A DNA stretch of 64,000 nt, taken from the NCBI GenBank assembly GCA_034521515.1, contig JAXHMH010000002.1, positions 152,379 to 216,378 on the forward strand, in the 5' to 3' direction. A program made the translations under genes and the position numbers. How positions within the stretch are numbered: the first letter of the stretch is position 1; each line of letters starts with the position of its first letter. Origin of the DNA: Candidatus Saccharimonadota bacterium (lineage in GTDB: Bacteria; Patescibacteriota; Saccharimonadia; Saccharimonadales; JAXHMH01). Positions 19,721 to 28,809 of this stretch are shown here, one piece after another. The notes below the pieces were generated by a model. That model saw only the letters and a list, made by a program, of their open reading frames with translations. It did not search any database and was not told where the DNA came from.

Positions 19721-19735
19721 GGAAAAATCAACAAT

Positions 19736-19766
19736 TTATAAAAAACACCGCAGGAACGCGGTGTTT
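19736..19766 (-). terminator. Rho-independent terminator after rplU
   Basis: The minus strand reads AACACCGC-gttcct-GCGGTGTT followed by TTTTTATAAA. The stems are at 19744-19751 and 19758-19765. Confidence 0.75.
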
Positions 19767-19793
19767 TCGTGAATCTTAGGTTCGTAGCTTGAG

Positions 19794-20102
19794 CTAAGCT
19801 ATTTTTGTCACCTTAATAACACTATGGCGCTGCCGGTGGCCGCGTGTTTTATGTACACGTTTTTTAGCTTTATATCTAATAGCTGTCACTTTGTCTGCTT
19901 TTACTTCCGGCTCAACCACCTCAGTTGTCACCTTAGACCCAGTTACCTCTGGCGTGCCAACAGTTGTTTTGTCGCCATCAATAACAAGAAGGGGTGTAAA
20001 CGTCGCAGTTTTGCCTTCTTGTTTGAGCAGCTCCACCTCAAGGGTTTCCCCTTCTACGACTAGGTACTGCTTGCCACCTGTCGCAATGATTGCTTTTTTC
20101 AT
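19794..20102 (-). CDS. rplU: 50S ribosomal protein L21
   Basis: MKKAIIATGGKQYLVVEGETLEVELL.. 102 aa, typical L21 N-terminus and size. Confidence 0.95.
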   Translation of the reverse strand: MKKAIIATGGKQYLVVEGETLEVELLKQEGKTATFTPLLVIDGDKTTVGTPEVTGSKVTTEVVEPEVKADKVTAIRYKAKKRVHKTRGHRQRHSVIKVTKIA

Positions 20103-20171
20103 ACAATTACTCTTACCTTTTGAAATGTTACCGATTGAGTCTAACAGAGAAGGGTATACTTGTCAAAAGTG

Positions 20172-23063
20172 TTAATCTTTGCTGATTTTAATAGCTAGCT
20201 CGATACCATCTACCTTCGCAATCGATTCAACCCCTCCTGCGCCATCCTTTGTGAGATGATTTGCAAGTGTCTCATGCTTAATGATATGGCTCTGTTCTTG
20301 TATCGATTGCTTGAGCTCGTCGTCATCTGTAGACAAACTGAGGGATATCCGATCATCCACCTCAAGTCCTGCCTGTTTACGTGCACTCTGTACGTGCCTT
20401 ATTACTTCACGCGCTAAACCTTCACGCTTAAGTTCGGGTGTGATATTGGTTTCAAGCTCGACCTTCATGTCTGTTTTCCCGCTTCCTTCACTTACCCACT
20501 CTTTTACGTTCAATTCTTCGGTGATTATTGCAGCTAGCTCTTGCACATTATCGCCAAGAAAAGCTTCCGCGCCGTCAACCCGAACTGTCTTCAACGGCTG
20601 GCGGACTTTGATACCGGCAGCAGCTCTCTGAGAAAGCCCTTCATTGATAACCCTTCTGGTATACGCCATCTGATCAATGATTACCTCATCTACTTTACCA
20701 ATTTGTGGCCAGTCAAGCAGATGTACAGATTCACCTTCGGTAAGCTTCTGATACAACTCTTCTGCTAAAAACGGTGTGAATGGAGCCAACACTATGCTTA
20801 AACGCACTAGAATATAATGCAGCGTCCTGTAGGCGTCAGACTTATCGGTATCGTCTTCGCTTTTCCAAAATCGCTTACGACTACGGCGAACATACCAGTT
20901 ACTAGCGTCATCAATAAACGGCAATATTGGTTTTACCGCATCAGCAAGCTCGTAGCGCTGCAAATTGGTCGCTATTTCTTGGGTTAATTGATGCACCCGA
21001 CTAATAACCCACACATCAAGCGGGTTCTTTAAGTCACCTAACGGATCTTTTAGCTCTCCGTTAAACTCCCATCCATCAACCTCAGCATACAGCGTAAAGA
21101 AATCATACATGTTCCAGATCATGCCAAGTTTACGAGCCATGTTACCAACATCTTTATCGCTTAACGCAAAATCCTCACCGTTGGTGAGCGGACTGGAAAG
21201 CATAAGCATCCTAAACGCGTCCGCGGAAAATTTATCCATTAACTCTACTGGATCAGTGTAGTTTTTAAGCTTTTTGCTCATCTTTTTTCCGTCGGCAGCA
21301 TTAATAAATCCGGTACAGATAAGATTTCTATATGGAGACTTGCCAAAAAGTGCCACATTCACAGCAGTTAAGCTGTAAAACCAGCCACGAGTTTGATCAA
21401 TTGCTTCGGTAATAAAGTCTGCTGGATAACCTTTCTCAAATTTTTCTTTGTTCTCAAACGGATAATGAAATTGAGCAAAGGGCATAGAACCGCTTTCAAA
21501 CCAACAATCCAGCACTTTACCGATGTGATGCATCTTAACCCCGTCACATTCAAACGTGATATCCATAACCATGGGCAAGTGATAGTCATCAAGCTTTTTA
21601 CCTGTTAACTGCTCGAATTCCTCATAGCTGCCGATTATTTTAACAACCTCTGTTCCATCATTCCGGATACCTTTCCAAACCGGTATAGGGGTTGCCCAAT
21701 AACGATCTCTGGATATATTCCAATCAGGGGCAGATTCTATAATGTTTTTAAAACGCCCTTCTTGAAGATGGCGCGGAACCCATCTTGTCTTATCGGTCGC
21801 CTCCTGCATTTCATGTTTTTGCGCCTGAATATCCATAAACCAACTTGGATGCGCCCGGTACATCAGTTTACTGCCGCAGCGATGACAGTGTGGATACTCA
21901 TGCTGTATGTAATCCACCTTTAACGCTTTGCCTTCTCGAACCAGTGTCTTGGCAATCTCTTTATTTACCTCCCAAATATTCTGAGCAAGCCAACGGCCTT
22001 CGGTATAATTTCCATTTTCATCTACTATAGAAACCATCGGCACATTTTCTTGCTTGCACAGTTCGTAATCCTCTTCACCGTAAGCTGGCGCTTCGTGAAC
22101 AATACCAGTTCCTTCTTCTGTGGTAACAAAGTCTGCCGCCAGCACCCTATGAGCATCCGGTCCACGATTTTCGAACAATGGACTATACTTACGTCCGATA
22201 AGTTCTCTGCCTTGTAGAGTTTTGAGTGTCTTATATGTTAACGGTTGATGCTTTTCGTCCGTCATGACTTTTGCAATAGTATCGCTGGCAATATAAAATT
22301 TCTTTCCTTGGTGCTCGATAAGCGAGTATTCAATACCGGGATTAAGCGCAATGGCAATATTTGCCGGTAGCGTCCATGGAGTAGTCGTCCATGTAAGCAA
22401 GTACTCATCGTCATCCTCCAACTGAAAGTAAACGTAAACGCTCGGATCGGTATCAAGCTGATAGCTGTTCTCCATAGCTACTTCTGATTTAGATATAGGT
22501 GTCGCGTCTTTCGTGCAGTATATAAGGATTTTTTCACCTTCGTAGATTTTCCCCTCTTGATGGAGTTTTTTAAATGCCCACCAGACCGATTCCATAAACT
22601 CATTGTCCATGGTTTTGTAAGCGCCTTCGAATTCCACCCACCGACCAATGCGATCGATTGTATCCTCCCACTCTGTGCCAGTTTTTACCATAGCTGCTCG
22701 GCAAGCTTGGACATAATCGTGAATACTGATTTTATCGCCAATTTCTTTTTTATTTTTTATACCTAGTTGATCCTCGACAAAAACTTCGGCAGGAAGCCCA
22801 TGACAATCCCAGCCCCACACCCGCTCTACGCGATAACCGTTCATGGCTTGGTACCGAGCGACCGTATCTTTAATAGTAGAAACAAGCAGGTGCCCATGAT
22901 GCGGACTACCTGTCAAAAACGGCGGGCCGTCATAAAACACAAAAGCATTGTCGGCCGGACGTTGCTCTACCGATTTTTCAAATGTCTTATTGTGCTTCCA
23001 TTGCCTAATGAGAGCTTTTTCGTATTCTGCTGCTTTGCGCCGTGTTCCATGCTTGAATTTCAT
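20172..23063 (-). CDS. ileS: Isoleucyl-tRNA synthetase (eukaryote-like type 2)
   Basis: FVFYDGPPFLTGSPHHGHLL (HIGH region), WGWDCHGLPAE and KMSKKLKNY (KMSKS). 963 aa. Confidence 0.93.
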   Translation of the reverse strand: MKFKHGTRRKAAEYEKALIRQWKHNKTFEKSVEQRPADNAFVFYDGPPFLTGSPHHGHLLVSTIKDTVARYQAMNGYRVERVWGWDCHGLPAEVFVEDQLGIKNKKEIGDKISIHDYVQACRAAMVKTGTEWEDTIDRIGRWVEFEGAYKTMDNEFMESVWWAFKKLHQEGKIYEGEKILIYCTKDATPISKSEVAMENSYQLDTDPSVYVYFQLEDDDEYLLTWTTTPWTLPANIAIALNPGIEYSLIEHQGKKFYIASDTIAKVMTDEKHQPLTYKTLKTLQGRELIGRKYSPLFENRGPDAHRVLAADFVTTEEGTGIVHEAPAYGEEDYELCKQENVPMVSIVDENGNYTEGRWLAQNIWEVNKEIAKTLVREGKALKVDYIQHEYPHCHRCGSKLMYRAHPSWFMDIQAQKHEMQEATDKTRWVPRHLQEGRFKNIIESAPDWNISRDRYWATPIPVWKGIRNDGTEVVKIIGSYEEFEQLTGKKLDDYHLPMVMDITFECDGVKMHHIGKVLDCWFESGSMPFAQFHYPFENKEKFEKGYPADFITEAIDQTRGWFYSLTAVNVALFGKSPYRNLICTGFINAADGKKMSKKLKNYTDPVELMDKFSADAFRMLMLSSPLTNGEDFALSDKDVGNMARKLGMIWNMYDFFTLYAEVDGWEFNGELKDPLGDLKNPLDVWVISRVHQLTQEIATNLQRYELADAVKPILPFIDDASNWYVRRSRKRFWKSEDDTDKSDAYRTLHYILVRLSIVLAPFTPFLAEELYQKLTEGESVHLLDWPQIGKVDEVIIDQMAYTRRVINEGLSQRAAAGIKVRQPLKTVRVDGAEAFLGDNVQELAAIITEELNVKEWVSEGSGKTDMKVELETNITPELKREGLAREVIRHVQSARKQAGLEVDDRISLSLSTDDDELKQSIQEQSHIIKHETLANHLTKDGAGGVESIAKVDGIELAIKISKD

Positions 23064-23324
23064 ATCTTTACCTCTTTATAAAACAAAAAGCCCCTACTGC
23101 TGCAGGAGCCGGCATGCGTGCCGTCGGTTCCATCCTGCTTGGGACTTTATTACCAGCTATAACGGGCTACGTGCCGTCGAGTTCTACTAGCTGCTTGCCC
23201 TTCGTAGCCTTGGGCGAAGTAGGGTTCTTCTCGCTCCCCTTCGCTACGATAGCGAAATTGTGGGTGATAACCACTATCCACCAGTTGGCGGAGGGATTTG
23301 CTCCAGTACTGCTATTTCAGTTTA
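23064..23324 (-). promoter_or_regulatory. Structured ileS 5' leader, T-box-like transcription attenuator (candidate)
   Basis: The 286-nt gap contains a possible promoter (TTGTCC, 17 nt, TAAACT at 23347-23319). A T-box-like sequence cAGGATGGAACCGACGG (rc of 23118-23145) compares with the canonical AGGGTGGTACCGCGG. An ATC-A lies in GGTTATCACCC. A terminator hairpin plus U-run ends 17 nt before the SD AAAGAGG. Caveat: the UGGA bulge does not match the A discriminator of the tRNA-Ile seen at 61457-61533. Confidence 0.4.
23081..23109 (-). terminator. Intrinsic terminator inside the ileS leader
   Basis: The minus strand reads GCTCCTGC-AGCA-GTAGGGGC (8 bp including two G-U pairs) followed by TTTTTGTTTT. 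Confidence 0.6.
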
Positions 23325-23349
23325 GCCTAAATAACCAAAGTGGACAAGT

Positions 23350-23610
23350 CTACAGATACGACGCCACCTCATCCATGAGGGGCAAATCTTCACCTTGCCA
23401 GACCTTCAGCGTTGATCCGTCATCTCGAAGTGCCAGAAGTGCTGGATATTGAACTATATCGTATATGCTCGCTGTTGCGCTACCCTCACGAGTATCAAGA
23501 CTTACCATCTCTATCTTTGTCTGTGGATGAAGTCGTTTAAACATCCCCACAAACTCATCAACTTTGCGGGCATATTCTGATACCGGTCGGTAAATAACCA
23601 AAAGTTTCAT
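23350..23610 (-). CDS. Small conserved hypothetical protein (86 aa; possibly a thioredoxin-like fold without CxxC)
   Basis: ORF MKLLVIYRPVSEYARKVDEFVGMFKRLHP.. preceded by a CA-rich leader (CCAAAAACCAAAAACC). No motif recognised with certainty. Confidence 0.6.
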   Translation of the reverse strand: MKLLVIYRPVSEYARKVDEFVGMFKRLHPQTKIEMVSLDTREGSATASIYDIVQYPALLALRDDGSTLKVWQGEDLPLMDEVASYL

Positions 23611-23765
23611 GTTGCTTAGTGTATAGGTTTTTGGTTTTTGGTTCCAGTAGATTGTCTTGATTTTTGGAACACATACTTCGCCACAGTCACTGTGGGGTGC
23701 GGCGAAGCAATGTTTTTAACGACACTTACTTTTTTAGGGTTTTGATGACCTGTGAGCAATAGGTA

Positions 23766-26573
23766 TTACGAACAACCGGTTGTCGATCCGCAAGATGTGC
23801 AAACATAGCAACTGCCGGATCTTTGTGTCTGATTACCGCAGTTATAGCACATAGGGGCTGCATCGTCTTGTTTGAGGGAGGTTTCTTGATCGCTGCCCGC
23901 GCTTACCGATGAACTCGGGGTTCTAGATATTTCTTCTGTTGGTGTCATCTGTCTAGGAGTAGACTCTGATGATTTAGCGTCTGGCAAGTCGGTCGTCTCT
24001 GAATCTTCACTGAGCAAACTGGTCTGCTCATCGCTTGGCATATCGTCGATTGACGCTAAGCCAAGCTCTAGACGATCATCAAATGACATATAGCTAAGTG
24101 CCATTCGCCTAAAAATGTAGTCTACCAGTGACGAAGCTGTCCGGATTTCTGGATCATCGGTTATACCGGCTGGTGCAAAACTGGTGCTCATGAATGTCTT
24201 TACGTAAGTCTTAAGCGGAACTCCATACTGAAGACCATGGCTCACCGATATAGCAAACGCATCCATGATGCCGCGCAACGTAGAGCCGTGTTTGGCAAAA
24301 TTAATGAAGACCTCGCCCGGCGTCCCATCTTCGTATTCTCCAATTGTGACATATCCTTTGGAGTCCGCAACCTTAAAGGAAAACGTCTTAGAGTTCCGAA
24401 CTTTTGGCATTTCGCGGCGAACAGCGCCTTTTAGTATAAACTTGTCGTTTACACCTTCTGTAGTTGTAATATTCTCATCAGTCTTGGCACTTTCTTTCTT
24501 GGCCATAGAAAGTGGCTGAGCAACTTTACAGTTATCACGGTAAATAGCTACCGCTTTAAGTCCTAGTTTCCATGCATCAATGTGCAATTGCTCAACGTCC
24601 TCAACCGAGACATCCTCCGGCATGTTGACTGTCTTACTGATAGCACCAGATATGAACGGCTGCACTGCACCCATCATCCTCACATGTCCGGAATAGTGAA
24701 TAGCGTTATCTCCCATGGAACAAGCAAAGACGTTTTTGTGTTCTTCCTTTAGATGCGGAGCACCTATTATTGTTTTTTCGACATCAATATAGTCGACAAT
24801 GTCGTCAATCTGCTTCTTGCTATAACCCATCGTTTTGAGTGCTCGTGGCACTGTGTGGTTCACGATACTCATGGTACCGCCACCAACCAGCTTTTTGAGT
24901 TTCACTAGACCAAGGTCTGGCTCAACACCCGTAGTATCACAGTCCATCATGAGACCAATTGTCCCAGTCGGTGCCAAAACACTAGCCTGAGAGTTACGTA
25001 CTCCATACAGTTGACCGAGTTCCACTGCTTCATCCCAAGCGCCAGCCGCAGCGCTCAATAGTTCTTCTCTAACTAGTCCGGCGTCAATTTTTGAAACCTC
25101 TTCACGGTGCATCTTAAGAACATTGAGCATTGCTTCGCGATCCTTATGAAAGCCTGCAAACGGTCCAACACGATTAGCTATCTTCGCGCTTGTAGCATAC
25201 GCCTGACCAGTCATAAGAGCTGTAATCGCAGCTGCTTGAGCACGACCATCATCTGAGTCATACGGAAGCCCTTGAGCCATCAATAAAGCTCCTAGGTTAG
25301 CATAGCCAAGGCCAAGCTCACGATACGCTCGAGCGTTTTTAGCGATGCTATCAGTCGGGTACTCACTGTAACCGACTAAAATTTCTTGGGCGGTAAACAC
25401 AAGCTCTACCGTGTGAATAAATGACTTAATATCAAAGGTACTGTCTTCGTTTAAGTACTTCAACAGATTGATGCTCGCTAGATTACAGGCTGAGTTGTCA
25501 AGATGCATGTATTCACTACACGGGTTACTTCCATTAATCCGACCCGCATTTGGAGCTGTGTGCCACTTGTTGACCGTCGTATCAAACTGCATTCCTGGAT
25601 CTGCGCATTCCCAAGCAGCCTTAGACATTTGCCTAAATAGCGTGCGAGCCTTTACAGTTTTTACTGTCTTTCCGGTGGTGACAGCCTTAAGATTCCAGTC
25701 ATCATCATTTTCAACTGCCTGCATAAACTCATCAGTTACACGAACTGAGTTGTTGGCGTTTTGGTATTGCACCGAGTGAATATCTTTACCATCTAGACTC
25801 ATGTCCCAGCCGGCAGCTTCGAGATCACGCGCTTTACGCTCTTCAAGTGCTTTACACCAGACAAATTCTTCTACGTCTGGATGATCAACATTCAAAATAA
25901 CCATTTTGGCAGCACGACGGGTCTTGCCGCCACTTTTAATTGCACCGGCTGAAGCATCAGCCCCCCGCATGAAACTAAGCGGTCCAGATGCAGAACCAGC
26001 ACTCTTACCCAAGGCTTCGGCAGAGGAACGCAAAGTACTAATATTAATACCTGAACCTGACCCGCCCTTGAAGATCATTCCTTCTTCTTTGTACCAGTTA
26101 AGAATCGAAGGCATTGTGTCTTCGACTGCCAAAATGAAACAAGCACTAGCCTGCTGCGAACGCTCCGGCGCACCAATATTAAACCAGACCGGTGAGTTAA
26201 ACGCCGCTCTTTGTGTAGCGAGGACATACTTTAACTCCTCTTGGAAATCTTCGGCTTCTGCATCATCGGTAAAGTAGCCCTCTTGGATACCATGCCGGGT
26301 TATCGTATCGACAACTCGATCGATTAAGTCACGCAAAGAAGCTTCACGGTCTTGAGTACCCGGAGTACCTGTAAAATATTTTTGAGCAACAATGTTTATT
26401 GCGTTTAGCGACCAGCCCTCCGGGAACGCCACGCCCTTTTGCTCGAAAACCGGCTTATTGGTCATCGGGTTCATGATTACAGAATCACGTTTAACCCAGT
26501 TTAATTGATCGTAAGCTTTGCTGTTTTGGGGTGTAAAAAGTCGCCTGTGCCCCAGGATTGTTGTTTGTCCCAT
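23766..26573 (-). CDS. nrdJ: Class II (adenosylcobalamin-dependent) ribonucleotide reductase with a C-terminal Cys4 zinc ribbon
   Basis: NPCSEYMHLDNSACNLASINL active-site region, the N-terminal ..AINIVAQKYF.. motif, and the C-terminus CYNCGNQTQRSGSCYVCTSCG. Confidence 0.92.
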   Translation of the reverse strand: MGQTTILGHRRLFTPQNSKAYDQLNWVKRDSVIMNPMTNKPVFEQKGVAFPEGWSLNAINIVAQKYFTGTPGTQDREASLRDLIDRVVDTITRHGIQEGYFTDDAEAEDFQEELKYVLATQRAAFNSPVWFNIGAPERSQQASACFILAVEDTMPSILNWYKEEGMIFKGGSGSGINISTLRSSAEALGKSAGSASGPLSFMRGADASAGAIKSGGKTRRAAKMVILNVDHPDVEEFVWCKALEERKARDLEAAGWDMSLDGKDIHSVQYQNANNSVRVTDEFMQAVENDDDWNLKAVTTGKTVKTVKARTLFRQMSKAAWECADPGMQFDTTVNKWHTAPNAGRINGSNPCSEYMHLDNSACNLASINLLKYLNEDSTFDIKSFIHTVELVFTAQEILVGYSEYPTDSIAKNARAYRELGLGYANLGALLMAQGLPYDSDDGRAQAAAITALMTGQAYATSAKIANRVGPFAGFHKDREAMLNVLKMHREEVSKIDAGLVREELLSAAAGAWDEAVELGQLYGVRNSQASVLAPTGTIGLMMDCDTTGVEPDLGLVKLKKLVGGGTMSIVNHTVPRALKTMGYSKKQIDDIVDYIDVEKTIIGAPHLKEEHKNVFACSMGDNAIHYSGHVRMMGAVQPFISGAISKTVNMPEDVSVEDVEQLHIDAWKLGLKAVAIYRDNCKVAQPLSMAKKESAKTDENITTTEGVNDKFILKGAVRREMPKVRNSKTFSFKVADSKGYVTIGEYEDGTPGEVFINFAKHGSTLRGIMDAFAISVSHGLQYGVPLKTYVKTFMSTSFAPAGITDDPEIRTASSLVDYIFRRMALSYMSFDDRLELGLASIDDMPSDEQTSLLSEDSETTDLPDAKSSESTPRQMTPTEEISRTPSSSVSAGSDQETSLKQDDAAPMCYNCGNQTQRSGSCYVCTSCGSTTGCS

Positions 26574-26757
26574 AATACCCTCACTTTTTTATGTCAGAGT
26601 GCCGTATATCACTCTAACGCTCTTATTAATGTTATTTTAAATTTTTATTTAGAGTTGATCGTCGCTCTCAAGACGATACCAGCTCCCCTCGAGCCTTTTT
26701 AGTTGACTTGTGCCAAAACTACAAGGCGCGCGGGCAACTGTTAAGTCACCCCTTGTG

Positions 26758-27231
26758 TTACTTAACGGTGCGGTTTGTTTTTTTCTCCTTGATTTGTAGG
26801 AGCTCTTTTTCGAAACCGGCTATATCTTTAAACCGACGATATACACTTGCGAATCGCACATACGCAACCTCATTTAGTCGTGCCAGTCCGTCCATTACCA
26901 TGTCACCTATTTTTCGACTTGATATCTCCGGATCACCACAGGCATAAATTTGCTGCTCTATGTCTGCTACAAGCCGCTCTAGCTGCAAACTGTTCACCGA
27001 TGTTTTTTCACATGCCCGATAAAGACCGGCCAGTAATTTATCACGACTAAACAGTTCTCTTGTGCCGTTACTCTTTACAACGATAATCTGTGGGCGCTCT
27101 ACCCGTTCATACGTTGTAAAACGATAGTGACAGCTGATGCATGCACGACGGCGACGAATTGATTCGCCTTCTGCCACGTCTCTAGATTCGATAACTTTTG
27201 TATCGACTTGTTGACACTGGCTGCATTTCAT
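26758..27231 (-). CDS. nrdR: Transcriptional repressor NrdR (zinc ribbon plus ATP-cone)
   Basis: MKCSQCQQVDTKVIESRDVAEGESIRRRRACISCHYRFTTYERVE.. 157 aa. Confidence 0.95.
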   Translation of the reverse strand: MKCSQCQQVDTKVIESRDVAEGESIRRRRACISCHYRFTTYERVERPQIIVVKSNGTRELFSRDKLLAGLYRACEKTSVNSLQLERLVADIEQQIYACGDPEISSRKIGDMVMDGLARLNEVAYVRFASVYRRFKDIAGFEKELLQIKEKKTNRTVK

Positions 27232-27280
27232 ATTGCATACCTCCTTTGTTCAAACTGAACGTACTATCACTATATTCTAA

Positions 27281-27296
27281 TCGCTATATATAGTGC
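27281..27296. promoter_or_regulatory. NrdR box upstream of nrdR(-nrdJ)
   Basis: tcgCTATATATAGTGc matches the published 16-bp palindrome consensus acaCwAtATaTwGtgt at all ten core positions. It lies 50-65 nt upstream of the nrdR ATG (27231) and overlaps AT-rich -10-like hexamers. Confidence 0.65.
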
Positions 27297-27351
27297 CTAT
27301 ACACCCCAGCATAACCCCACGAATAGCGGTTTGCAAGAAAATAACGTCGTA

Positions 27352-28698
27352 TTATTTACTAGATTTTTTGCCAGAATCATTATCCTGGGATTTTTGGGCT
27401 TTTTTCTTGAGGCGTCGCAAAAAAGAAGGTTTTTCAAGCTCCTCATCGTCTTCACCAGAATCCGAAAAGGTGTCCGGTTTTGAATTACTTTTTTCTTCAG
27501 AGTCGGTTTGTTTAGCCTCTTGATCAAGTGCCCAGATATTCGGCATGGGAGAATCTTTGTGAAAGTCATCGTGCTTATTTTCATCGTTATTAAGATCCAT
27601 ATTGATATCTTTGATATCTCCGTCTTCGGCCTTAACGTCTCCAGTCTGTGCTGAAGAAGGTTGCACGGAATCATCACGTTCTGCCTCATCCCCGTTGTCT
27701 TCTTCTGCTAAACCTTGGCGTAAGTGTGTTCGGTTGGTAAAGTAGGTTGCGTCAAACCCAGTTGCAACCACCGTAATTATGATCTCACCTTCAATCTCCG
27801 GACTAATGGTGGCTCCGAAAATAATGTTTGCGTCAGGATCGGCAGCTGCGGTAATCGTCTCGGCAGCAGTATTAATCTCGTGCATTGACATATCGCTGCC
27901 ACCTATAACGTTGAAAAGAATGCCACGTGCCCCATCAATGGAGACTTCCAGTAACGGTGATTCAATTGCCTGCTGAGCAGCTTGCGGTGCTCGGTTCTCT
28001 CCACTGGCACGTCCTATACCCATGAGAGCAGAACCTGCGTTGCTCATGACTGCTTTAACGTCAGCAAAATCCAAGTTTATAAGACCATGTACTGTAATAA
28101 GGTCGGATATTCCTTGGACGCCTTGCCTCAGAACGTCATCAGCCACTCTAAAGGCTTCTAGAAGCGGTGTTTGTCGATCGATTGTCTGCAGAAGTCGATC
28201 ATTCGGTATAACAATCAATGTGTCAACCGCCTCTCTGAGCTTATCAACTGCGGTTTCTGCGTTTCTGCGTCGCTTCTCACCTTCAAAAGCAAACGGCTTA
28301 GTAGCAAACCCGACAACGAGTGCTCCAGCATCACGGGCAGCATGCGCCACAACGTGACCGGCACCGCTACCTGTACCGCCGCCAGCACCTATGGTTATAA
28401 ATACCATATCCGAGTTACTTAACGCCTGGGTAATCTCATCCTTTGACTCTTGGGCAGCTTCTTCGCCAACCTTGGGGTCGGCTCCCGCTCCAAGTCCGCG
28501 TGTCGTATCTTTACCAATATGAATTTTTGTTTGTGCTTTAGAGTGATGAAGTGCTTGCGCGTCAGTATTAACTGCGATAAATTCGACACCCTCTATACCG
28601 GCGTCAACCATCCGATTAATGGCAGCCCCACCGGCACCACCAACACCGACTACTTTAATACGGGCGTAGGTTTCGATAGCAGGAGCAACTTGTGGCAT
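27352..28698 (-). CDS. ftsZ: Cell division GTPase FtsZ
   Basis: [26 protein letters not shown], a long acidic linker and the C-terminal peptide [10 protein letters not shown]. Confidence 0.96.
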   Translation of the reverse strand: MPQVAPAIETYARIKVVGVGGAGGAAINRMVDAGIEGVEFIAVNTDAQALHHSKAQTKIHIGKDTTRGLGAGADPKVGEEAAQESKDEITQALSNSDMVFITIGAGGGTGSGAGHVVAHAARDAGALVVGFATKPFAFEGEKRRRNAETAVDKLREAVDTLIVIPNDRLLQTIDRQTPLLEAFRVADDVLRQGVQGISDLITVHGLINLDFADVKAVMSNAGSALMGIGRASGENRAPQAAQQAIESPLLEVSIDGARGILFNVIGGSDMSMHEINTAAETITAAADPDANIIFGATISPEIEGEIIITVVATGFDATYFTNRTHLRQGLAEEDNGDEAERDDSVQPSSAQTGDVKAEDGDIKDINMDLNNDENKHDDFHKDSPMPNIWALDQEAKQTDSEEKSNSKPDTFSDSGEDDEELEKPSFLRRLKKKAQKSQDNDSGKKSSK

Positions 28699-28809
28699 AC
28701 GTGGTTAACCTCTTCCTCTAGATGTTATATCAGGAGTATACCCGAACAGCTCCAAGTGTTCAATAATACCCACCTGACCTTTTTTGAACATCGGGATATA
28801 TTTAACCAT

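Noticed and set aside
26595-26614. Inverted repeat AGAGTG-ccgtatat-CACTCT upstream of nrdJ considered as a second NrdR box
   Set aside because: Only about 6 of the 10 core consensus positions match, and the CAC/GTG arms are in the opposite arrangement to the consensus. It may be a 5'-UTR hairpin or an unrelated operator.
27297-27689. ORFs overlapping ftsZ and other core genes in alternative frames (27297-27689, 28829-29188, 41229-41750, etc.)
   Set aside because: They are embedded in or antisense to confidently identified conserved genes, and they have no motifs of their own.
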